DNA of 63,983 bases, filler included, from Octopus bimaculoides (taxonomy: Eukaryota), in NCBI RefSeq assembly GCF_001194135.2. It is 6 parts of 6 records of this genome, joined end to end, with 100 filler letters (N's around TTAATTAATTAA, not from the genome) between each part and the next. Parts side by side here need not be neighbours in the genome. Positions count along the whole stretch, not along the records: positions 49,835 to 54,725 come from NC_068987.1; positions 54,826 to 59,901 come from NW_026411978.1; positions 60,002 to 62,881 come from NC_068986.1; positions 62,982 to 63,983 come from NW_026428751.1; 2 more parts are not named here. One strand, given 5' to 3'. The notes under the pieces were generated by a model. It saw nothing but the letters and a program-made list of their open reading frames with translations, searched no databases and was not told the origin of the DNA. The position numbers and the translations under genes are program-made. This document shows, piece after piece, positions 54,684 through 63,983 of this stretch (position 1 is the first letter of the stretch; each line of letters starts with the position of its first letter).

Positions 54684-54978
54684 TTTGGCGATATATATGT
54701 ACATACATGCCGACATACACACACANNNNNNNNNNNNNNNNNNNNNNNNNNNNNNNNNNNNNNNNNNNNTTAATTAATTAANNNNNNNNNNNNNNNNNNN
54801 NNNNNNNNNNNNNNNNNNNNNNNNNACTTATTCTTTGTAAGCCTGGTACTTATTCTATTGGTCTCTTCTGCTGAACAGCTAAGTTATGGGGACTTAAACA
54901 CACCAACATCAGTTATCAAGCGATGGTGGGGGGACAAACACAAAGACACACACATAAATGTATACCTACACACACACA

Positions 54979-55016
<38 letters not shown>

Positions 55017-55125
55017 CACGCAAACACACACTCACACACATATATATGACAGGCTTGTTTCAATTTTCATCTACCAAATCCACTCATAAGGATTTGGTCA
55101 GCCCAAGGCTATAACAGAAGACACT
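54470..55125 (-). mobile_element. SINE family A pieces on either side of a scaffold spacer
   Basis: Head at 54470-54515; body at 54826-55125. Confidence 0.7.
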
Positions 55126-56921
55126 GATTTCCTTGCTTCAAGTATTACTTTAATAAACTCTGATAATAAACTCTGGGTCCGTAAGGACTCCCCAAACTCC
55201 TTCCATATCACCATGGGAGTCCCGGATTCAGCTCAGATAACAGACTTAGTGGGCATATATTTGCTTTCTTACATACAGGAGGAATTCCCAGATCTCAAAG
55301 GTGGCTTATACAGGGACGACGCGCTGTTCGTAGTTAAAAATCCCTCTAATAGGAAACTTGAACTCATCAAGAAAAACCTACATAAATTCTTCAAAAGATT
55401 TGGACTAGCCATTTCTATAGAAAATGAACACACCTCCATAAACTACTTAGACGCCAATTGCAGCCAAGCTACAGGACTCCATGAACCTTACATAAAGTCA
55501 AATACTAACCTAAAATACATAAACGCATCCAGTAACCACCCGCTATTCCTTAAGAGAGGCTTAGTACATAGTATAAGCAATAGGATATCACGCCTCTCCT
55601 CTAACCGAGATATTTTTAATAAGCATAAGGAAACCTATAACATCGCACTACATAAAGCAGGATTCAACCATAAAATTAAATTCATAGAACCCAATAACCA
55701 TAAAAAAGACCCAAATAAAGGGAATCTAAACGCTAGCAACACACACTAATAATACACCAAACCCTGCTGCAAACCACACTAACAATATGAATGACACAGA
55801 TAAACATAATATAAGTAATAGAAATACAAAAGATCCCAAAGCCAAACCACATAACACCAAAAATACCAGCAACAGTGTAAACACCAATACCAACAATACT
55901 ACTAGGATTAATAAGGCTAATAACAAAACGAAGCAGAAATACAATAACAACCGGAACATAATAAAAAATAAACCATACACCGGGCCCACAAAAACCTAAC
56001 AATACTAACACAGCAAAAACCGATAAGACACATATTAAAAATAAACCTAACTATAGAAATAAATTAGCCATAAAGACAAATTCACTAGCCTTCCCAGCTA
56101 TGATGGTAGGTTTTATACCAGACATAGCCGTAATAACAATAAGAACAATAAGGATACGATCTGGCTAATTATTCCCTACAACATGAATCTCAAATCTAAC
56201 ATAGTCTGTTCATTAATGAACATAATAGATAAACATCTAAATGTAAATAATAAATACGCAGCAATATTTAAGAACAAAATCAGAATAGGCCACAGCCTGA
56301 CATGCAACTTAGCTACCATCATAGCATCTATTAATAATAATAAATTAGACGCATTCTATACAGCTAAAAAGACCACGAACAACCAAACTAACAACCGTCC
56401 AACTAATAGAACTAACCCCAACCCTAATCCAACACCCCTTGTTAGGAGAGACACACACCAAAAAAAAAACAACAGGGTCACACAACAACACACAGACATA
56501 GACACACCCCTTATAATATATGTAGCTGTAGAGATAGGAATAAATGTAATTTCTCCAATAGATGTAAGACCGAAAATGTAGTTTACCAATGCGACGTACA
56601 CACAAACGGCCATATTAGATCTCATATTGGCGCTACGAAAAACCAAATACGCCTCAGATACAATGAGCACCAATCTAGCTTTAGAAATAGAAAAAAGGCA
56701 AATTCAACAGGACTTAGTAGTTATATCTGGGAATTAAAGGACAATAAGATAGAATATAAACTAAAGTGGAATATACTAAAAGCAGCAAATTCTTATAACC
56801 CAACTAACAGACGCTGTGACATCTGTCTAACTGAACGCCTCAAAATCCTAACGGCTAGAAAGCATCTTTTAAACAAACGATATGAAAATAAAAAATTTGT
56901 TTACACACTACAAAATATTCA

Positions 56922-57060
56922 TTTTCTAAGTATAATTAAATATGTAATACATTCCACTTTCTAAGTATAATTAAATATGTAAAAAAGAATATTCCTTTTC
57001 TAAGTATAATTAAATATGTAAAAAAGAATTTTCCTTTTCTAAGTATAATTAATTATAATT
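56922..57060. repeat. About four tandem copies of a ~38-bp unit (tttctaagtataattaaatatgtaaaaaagaa..) at the end of the PLE ORF
   Basis: Read directly from the sequence. Confidence 0.85.
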
Positions 57061-57393
57061 AAATATTAATAAGGTCAGAGTTAGCTCCCTCTTCACCAAA
57101 ACTTAGAGTTACTCCCCTTTACTAACACCGCCGGTGCTAAAGGTAAAAGGCACACGCCTGAATTCTAAAAACAACCACGTGCGAAATGCGTTTGATCAAG
57201 ATTGGAACTACGACTACGAGCTTGAACAGCACCCACCCTACCTCTCCCTTGCAGAAAGATTATTAACACAACTTCAACTAAAATGTAAGACTAACTTTAC
57301 CTAACTCTATTCTTATACCACTATATGCATTACTATATCCACTAACTGTTTCTCCTGCATCTCTCACACCATGAACTTTAACATACTTCTCAA

Positions 57394-57445
57394 CATTCTG
57401 AAGAGATCTACCAAACCATTTGGCGCATCGAAACGATCGTAAATG
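57394..57445 (+). ncRNA. Minimal type I hammerhead ribozyme in the PLE 3' region
   Basis: CATT-CTGAAGA-[GATCTACCAAAccaTTTGGCGCATC]-GAAA-C-GATC-GTA-AATG. Full core, stem I CATT/AATG, palindromic stem III ACGATCGT, GUA cleavage triplet. Confidence 0.85.
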
Positions 57446-58204
57446 ACTCATTATATAATCTCCACATAATTAAATCAATGGCTAACTAGCCCAATTGACT
57501 TGCTTCTTCTTATGTTTGTTTCTCCATTCTCCACATAATTATAATTATAAACTGCGGGTTAAACAATAAATTACCTACCTCTGGATACCTTCTAGCGAAG
57601 ACGGTACCCACACAAGGATTTCCAGGNNNNNNNNNNNNNNNNNNNNNNNNNNNNNNNNNNNNNNNNNNNNNNNNNNNNNTATATATATGTATATATATAT
57701 ATGATGGGCTTCTTTTTAGTTTCGCTCTACTAAATTCATTTGCAAAGCTTTGGTCAGCCTGAGGCTATCGTAGAAGACACTTGCCTAAGGTGCCATGCAA
57801 TGAGACTGAACCTGGAACTATGTAGTTGTGATGCAAGCTTCTCACCACACAGCCATACCTGCACCGATTTTCAGCAATTATTTTCAAGACTAGTTTATTC
57901 AGTATGTCGATGTATTTTGAAGGTATTTACCTGAAATTTGAAAATGATTTAACTACTGTTTCTAGCAGACTGAGTGACTTGATTTTTTTTTGTTCTTTTT
58001 TTGTTGGTTTTCTTTTCCCCCCACATGATATTTATATTAGGAGGCCATGCAATCTTCTGTACTACTTCTTTGTGTACTTGTGTCCTTCTATCAATACAGG
58101 GAATCACTCTGTCATCATAGCATGGTTGTAATGATTGATTTTTCTAGATGTGTTTTAAACAAAATGTCTGCTTTGCTCTGGTGTCTCTGTTATTCAATAT
58201 TATT

Positions 58205-59650
58205 ATTATGGTGCAATGCCATAAGGTCACTGGTGGAGTTTGTTATTTAATGTTATTACGACAATTGGTGATGTCAAAAGGTCACAGTTGGAATCAATCT
58301 TTTGACTTTACGATTACAACCACAGTGATGGTCTTAATGTCACCAATACAATTTGTGATTTGATGTTATTATTACAGTAGGAGGTCATAAAGTCACTGTC
58401 ACCTTCTATTATATGATATTCTAAAACACAGAGTGATGTTGTAAGATCATTTTTTAAAGTCTTTATTTGATGTTATTTCTTTAGTTTCATGTCATAAATT
58501 CATTCTTATAATCTGCAACCTTTTGTTATTATTACAAGCTATGATGTCATAAATTCTCTGTTGCTACTTGCTTATATAATAATATAACCCCTTTGATGTC
58601 TAGACGCCAGTGATACAAGCTGTTATTTGATGTTATTTTAACAGTTTGTGATGTCATAAAGTTTTTCAAGCAATCTTGAAGTTACTATTACAGTGTGTGA
58701 TGTCATAAGACCAGTATTGCAACATGTTGTCATAGTGTGATGTCATAAGACCAGTATTGNNNNNNNNNNNNNNNNNNNNNNNNNNNNNNNNNNNNNNNNN
58801 NNNNNNNNNNNNNNNNNNNNNNNNNNNNNNNNNNNNNNNNNNNNNNNNNNNNNNNNNNNNNNNNNNNNNNNNNNNNNNNNNNNNNNNNNNNNNNNNNNNN
58901 NNNNNNNNNNNNNNNNNNNNNNNNNNNNNNNNNNNNNNNNNNNNNNNNNNNNNNNNNNNNNNNNNNNNNNNNNNNNNNNNNNNNNNNNNNNNNNNNNNNN
59001 NNNNNNNNNNNNNNNNNNNNNNNNNNNNNNNNNNNNNNNNNNNNNNNNNNNNNNNNNNNNNNNNNNNNNNNNNNNNNNNNNNNNNNNNNNNNNNNNNNNN
59101 NNNNNNNNNNNNNNNNNNNNNNNNNNNNNNNNNNNNNNNNNNNNNNNNNNNNNNNNNNNNNNNNNNNNNNNNNNNNNNNNNNNNNNNNNNNNNNNNNNNN
59201 NNNNNNNNNNNNNNNNNNNNNNNNNNNNNNNNNNNNNNNNNNNNNNNNNNNNNNNNNNNNNNNNNNNNNNNNNNNNNNNNNNNNNNNNNNNNNNNNNNNN
59301 NNNNNNNNNNNNNNNNNNNNNNNNNNNNNNNNNNNNNNNNNNNNNNNNNNNNNNNNNNNNNNNNNNNNNNNNNNNNNNNNNNNNNNNNNNNNNNNNNNNN
59401 NNNNNNNNNNNNNNNNNNNNNNNNNNNNNNNNNACATATTATTGTAATGCAATGTCATACGGTGATTGTTAGGATATATTTAGTTTACATTACCACAATA
59501 TAATGTGACAAGGTTACTGTTGCAATGATATTTAATGTTATTTAATGTTATTTACACAGTGGACGAAGTCATAAGACCAGTGTTACAGTCGTTTACCATA
59601 GTGTAATGCCACAGATCCCTATTTGAGATATTGATGTTATGATGCCATAA
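58205..59650. repeat. Decayed minisatellite with core gtgatgtcataa (38-bp unit next to the gap)
   Basis: gtgtgatgtcataagaccagtattg repeats at ~58696 and ~58736, with many diverged copies on both sides of the gap. Confidence 0.7.
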
Positions 59651-60680
59651 AATCAAGGCTACAATATTTGCAGTACTACTCATTTACTTGTTCTCTACAA
59701 TGTTTTACAATCAATATTCATTTTCTAATTTACTTTTATAAAGTTGAGAGATTCCTTACAAATAATGCTTTTATTTATTTTATGCCTCTTCTAGAGTATA
59801 GTACAATCATCTTGAAACTGGTTCAAACTCTGGCATAATGATTCTATAGGCTTGTGAGAGACCTAAATCACACACATTGGACAATTCTTTACCTCCTCTC
59901 TNNNNNNNNNNNNNNNNNNNNNNNNNNNNNNNNNNNNNNNNNNNNTTAATTAATTAANNNNNNNNNNNNNNNNNNNNNNNNNNNNNNNNNNNNNNNNNNN
60001 NAAGTGAAGGAAATTGGAATACGATGATTACTTAATGCACTTTATATAAACACTTTATATACTTTATGCACAATTTTATAGACTTAATACACAGCACTCT
60101 CCCTGTTTTTCTTTCTCCTTTTTCTTTCGCTCTTCGCCTGTTCCATCAGCCAATCACGTGAAGGCGTTGCAGACGGGCTAAGTAACGGAGAAAAAAAACG
60201 TTTAAAAAAATTACACATTTCACTCGCCACCACCTCCCTCTCTCTCTCCCTTTCCTGCCACATCTCACCGGTCTAGGAGAGCCTACATAGGCCATGGGCC
60301 CTGCCCCTTCTTCCCAGGCCCAGCGAGTAAGAAAAAAAAAGTGTAATTAGCTGTAAACAGGTATTATGAGGCGGCACAACACAGCACTACATGAAGCATA
60401 AAATTGCACAACCAGCAAGTGTTTCGTTAATTCAAAAACTTAAGTTTACTTCCTCTTTCGATTATAAAGAGGTTTGCGTGGAGAATAACCTTTTGATGAA
60501 TAAAAAATATATATATTTAGACGTAGGTGTCGTTGTGTGGTAAGTAACTTGCTTCTTAAACAGATGGTTCCGGGTTCATCCCAACTGCGTACAACCTAGA
60601 GCAAGCGCCCTACTATAGACTCGGGCCGACCAAAGCTTTGTGAATTGATTTGGTAGACAGAAACTGAAAGAAGCCAGTCG

Positions 60681-60709
<29 letters not shown>

Positions 60710-60713
<4 letters not shown>

Positions 60714-61170
60714 TTAAAACAGTAGGGTAAAAAATTGGATATTAATATCTATTTGATACCAGGGAACAAGCACATTGAAAGAATCAAGGAGATTCAGAAA
60801 AAATATCTGAGATCTCAAAGGATTATTGTATATGTATATATAAAGGAGACCACTAGGTGGACTGTTAATGTGCTAGAAGAAGATCACATGTAATGCGTCT
60901 ACTAAGACCGAATTGTTCTCAAAGAAAAATTTAGCGAAGCAACAAAACGTATACGGTAAGACAAATGAAAATTACATAAATACATACCGGTTTCGAAATT
61001 AATATTTCCTTACCGAAAATATCTGTTTCTCATCAGTACAGACCGCCAAAGAAATATAATTCCCAGAATCGTATACTAGTTGTTTCCCACGAATGAAGAA
61101 CGTGCACATGGTTCTGTTAATTATATTTATGGTAAGATTCAAAAGTCTTCGTTTTGGCGTACTAAATCCG
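60710..61170 (-). mobile_element. ~460-bp non-coding insert carrying a hammerhead (PLE pseudo-LTR or retrozyme-like)
   Basis: Interrupts the SINE at its microsatellite, has no clear ORF, and contains a hammerhead core on the minus strand. Confidence 0.65.
60981..61040 (-). ncRNA. Minimal type I hammerhead ribozyme (second)
   Basis: Minus strand reads TGTA-CTGATGA-[GAAAcagATATTTtcggtaaggAAATATtaaTTTC]-GAAA-CCGG-TA-TGTA. Intact core, palindromic ACCGGT, GUA site; stem I is weak (two G-U pairs). Confidence 0.7.
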
Positions 61171-61680
61171 GTCTTTGTGTCTGTGTGTCTCCCACCACCT
61201 CTTGTGAACCGATACTGAGTTATTTACATCCCCGTATCTTAGCGGTTCGGCAAAAAAGAAACCGTTAGAATAAGAACCAGGCATTAAAAAATGTGTACTG
61301 CGATCGATTCATTCAACTAAATGTTCTTCATGGTGGAGCCCTAGCATGGCTGCAGTCAAATGACTGAAACGGATAATAAAAAAAAAAGATGAAATGATTT
61401 CTTTTAACAAAATACAACTACATATTTGTTTCACTAATAACAGTATATATTGGATTTAATCGACTGGAATATATCTCGAGATTTGAACTCAACAACCGGA
61501 GACTCTGAGGAAGTAACGAATTACACACATTAAAATATATACGTCAGAACTCTTCAGTATTTTCACTGGCCTTGGAAGAAATGAGAAACTCAATGAGTAG
61601 GATAATGGCTGTATACATTTTTTATCAATGTTTTTTATCAATGTTTTTTATTTGTTTTTTGTCCTATCCTTGATTATATA

Positions 61681-61810
61681 ACATATTCCCCACATGTTGC
61701 AGCGGTCCTTCAGTTTTGCTAAACCCTGTAAAAGAACTCGGAAAGTTGGGCCTCCAACCAGACCTTTCATAGTGCCTTTAAAGTCAGGAACTTTTCAGCA
61801 CCTCCTCGTG
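61681..61810 (-). mobile_element. Internally deleted mariner fragment
   Basis: TIR-like cgaggaggtgctgaaaagttcctg and C-terminal KDRCN..GEYV. Confidence 0.55.
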
Positions 61811-61903
61811 TATTTTATTCTTAAACACTTCTAAGTTAGCACTGACAGTGTATTATAGTTAAAATATCTTTAAGCTACAATGTAGATAAGTTATTAAGGT
61901 TAC

Positions 61904-62182
61904 CTGGGCAACGTGTGTCATTTGCATTCCATTGTGTTTCTCAACAGAACATTCTATTATGTTGCCTCGCTTTGTCAAGCTGTAGAGAACGTGTTCACCA
62001 AAACCAATCTGATTCATCATCAAACTAGAGTTTATAATCCTATCATCTTCCCAGGAGATCAACACATGGTGTTGATTACAGGCAGCGTATAATATATACT
62101 TGGTATGCAGATATGTAGTACTTTCCACGTTAACTTCATCAGGCATGTGTGGGTTTCTGACATGATTGCAAGAAACTTCAAC
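61904..62182 (-). CDS. Coding exon of an unidentified gene, possibly diverged RCC1-like repeats (VEVSCNHV...THVAQ)
   Basis: ttatttag acceptor, CAG|gtaacc donor, 279 bp = 93 open codons, phase 0 to 0. Confidence 0.75.
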
Positions 62183-62268
62183 CTAAATAATAACCAAAAA
62201 AATTATTGTTGATGATTCTGAGATGATGGAATATTTACCATGTTTTTTTTTTTTATGTCATGTCTTAC

Positions 62269-62286
62269 CTCTTCAGCCACACTCAT
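62269..62286 (-). CDS. Upstream short coding exon MSVAEE of the same gene
   Basis: ATG at 62286, GAG|gtaaga donor, 86-bp intron joining in frame to 62182. Confidence 0.55.
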
Positions 62287-62980
62287 CTATCTTCTTGTAG
62301 TTAAAAGAATACAGAAGAGTAATTAACGAACATTAATTTCAACATTTGTCTTCAATGAGACGTCAATGCCAACGTTAATAAACTTCAATGAACAACGATT
62401 ACGACTTCGTAGCTATCAAAAGGTCATTACTCTCAACCTGCTGCTGAAACTCACAGGTGAATGACACCGATTTGCAACGCAACAGATTGGGAGCTAACAA
62501 AAAAATCTTTAACCCTTTCAGCCTCGACCAGAATTAAGTAAGACCCCCACACTACAGTATTGATTAGTATTGATTACATGTATGAGGTAATAGTGCAGCT
62601 GCTGCAGTAACATCTCTGAGCCTACCATATCATCCGTGTACTGTTTAATTAAGGTCATCTATCACATATTCACATTTTCTTCTTTAAGGTGTTCTATGCC
62701 GTACGGTACATCGCTTCAGCCATTTTCGTTGTGTTTTCTGGTTTTCTTGAATAGTTCTTGTAATATTTTAAATGAGAAGAGGATGCAAGCCTCTGTCTGA
62801 ACCTTCCTCCATGAAATGGAGAATACAGTGAATGGTTCCTTACAAGTCCTCAGAGTACAGCTTGGCTGAATCTGAGCGTGTNNNNNNNNNNNNNNNNNNN
62901 NNNNNNNNNNNNNNNNNNNNNNNNNTTAATTAATTAANNNNNNNNNNNNNNNNNNNNNNNNNNNNNNNNNNNNNNNNNNN

Positions 62981-63109
62981 NATAATAATAATAATAGTAA
63001 TAAAAAATTTTTAAATGATAATTATAATAATGATAATTATAATAATAATAATAATGATGAGGAGGATGATGATGATGATGACGATAATGATAATTATAAT
63101 AATGATAAT

Positions 63110-63156
<47 letters not shown>

Positions 63157-63191
63157 TAATAATAGTAATAATAGTAATAATAATAATCATC

Positions 63192-63243
<52 letters not shown>

Positions 63244-63245
63244 TG
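62981..63245. repeat. (TAA)n / (TGA)n array
   Basis: Read directly from the sequence. Confidence 0.95.
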
Positions 63246-63246
63246 A

Positions 63247-63983
63247 TAAAACAACACTATGTACAAATCCAAATATATGGTACCCTAGGCATAACACCTA
63301 CATGAACTTGTAACTTGTTGTCTCTTGAGGTCTCTGGGTGAGACTTGGATCCAACTTGTACAAATGCAAAACAAAAGTCAAACATAAAACAATAATAATA
63401 ATAATGATAATAAACTAAAGCAAGATATCCTGGCCAAAGCACAAAGGATCCGCCGGTTTTTTTTAACAAAACAAACAGTTCAAATCCAACCTCCAAAAAT
63501 TCTACCAAGAACTGTGTAAAAATAAAATAGACATTACTGCAGCGCCATCAGCAGAAGAAGTGGAAAAATTTTGGAAAGAAATATGGTTGGTGAAGCAACA
63601 ACCTAAGAAAAGGACCATTAAAACAACGAACTTAGCACCTGAGTAACTCTGGACCCCTATAACAACTAAAGAGGTCACCCAGGCACTGCAAAGACTAAGC
63701 AACTGGAAGGCACCTGGGCACGACAAGATCCCCAACTTCTGGTTAAAATACCTGACAGGAACGCACAAAAAGCTGGCTGAAAACTTTAACAACATACTAC
63801 CAGAGCCAGAGACAATGCCTGAATGACTCACAAAAGGGAAAAACACCATCTTAATTCCCAAATCCACGGAAACGGAGAAACCACAAAACTACAGACCTAT
63901 AACCTGTCACCATACAATCTACAAAGCCTTTATTGCAATAATATCGCAGAGATTGAGTAAGCCCCTGGAAAATAACAACCTGT
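63247..63983 (+). mobile_element. R4/Dong-like non-LTR retrotransposon: probable 3'UTR piece with TAA tail, then an RT-region fragment
   Basis: LKQDILAKAQRIRRF, EEVEKFWKEIW, LSNWKAPGHDKIPNFWLK, LIPK..NYRPITC. Clade assigned from remembered motif style. Confidence 0.7.

Larger units (their letters stand above)
55126..57626 (+). mobile_element. Penelope-like retroelement (RT, linker, C-terminal GIY-YIG endonuclease), 5'-truncated and frameshifted
   Basis: LWVRK..FHITMG..S..TDLVG, GGLYRDD, INYLD and SSNHP. Then IWLIIPY, CSC....C....C, VVY..HIG.T, RYNEH.SSF, LSSYIWELK and CDICLTE...LLNKR (~56500-56900). Confidence 0.9.
60520..61385 (+). mobile_element. SINE family A split by an insertion in its (TA)n tract
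   Basis: 5' half ends gaaagaagccagtcg(ta)n at ~60709; 3' half resumes at ~61171 (tgtgtctgtgtgtctccc..cttagcggttcggcaaaa..gcagtcaaatgactgaaac). Confidence 0.85.

Noticed and set aside
56922-57060. Regularly spaced ~38-bp repeats resembling a CRISPR array
   Set aside because: The units are contiguous with no unique spacers, there are no cas genes, and the context is eukaryotic.
62112-62146. Minus-strand CTGATGA...GAAA-GTAC-TA hammerhead-like string
   Set aside because: Stems I and II do not pair, and it lies inside a well-supported coding exon.
62581-62881. Protein-like sequence at a segment edge
   Set aside because: Stops occur in all frames examined and there is no recognisable motif.

Overview
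Eukaryotic, AT-rich, gap- and microsatellite-rich genomic DNA. The repeat families look like those of octopus/coleoid cephalopods (inference, not a database result). 1-27.4 kb: eight GT-AG coding exons of a NAMPT gene (+, 2516-18678, 454 aa; the first coding exon is not in the window), followed by a duplicated 3'UTR/polyA module. Its introns and downstream region hold CpG-depleted SINEs, RTE LINE pieces, a DD36E Tc1 element and a solo LTR nested in an RTE, a Chapaev-like remnant, MITEs, a Helitron and a fold-back mariner. Beyond 27.4 kb: several segments joined by 100-bp spacers (N44-TTAATTAATTAA-N44), CpG-retaining and dominated by simple repeats and SINEs. They contain a degenerate Penelope-like retroelement with a minimal type I hammerhead ribozyme in its 3' region, a second hammerhead in a ~460-bp insert inside a SINE's (TA)n tract, Dong/R4-like LINE pieces in a TAA array, and two unannotated candidate genes (a 99-aa spliced ORF at 43.8-46.1 kb; RCC1-repeat-like exons at 61.9-62.3 kb). 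There is no CRISPR array, rRNA or bona fide tRNA gene. Most long ORFs in the supplied track are artefacts of N-runs or microsatellites.
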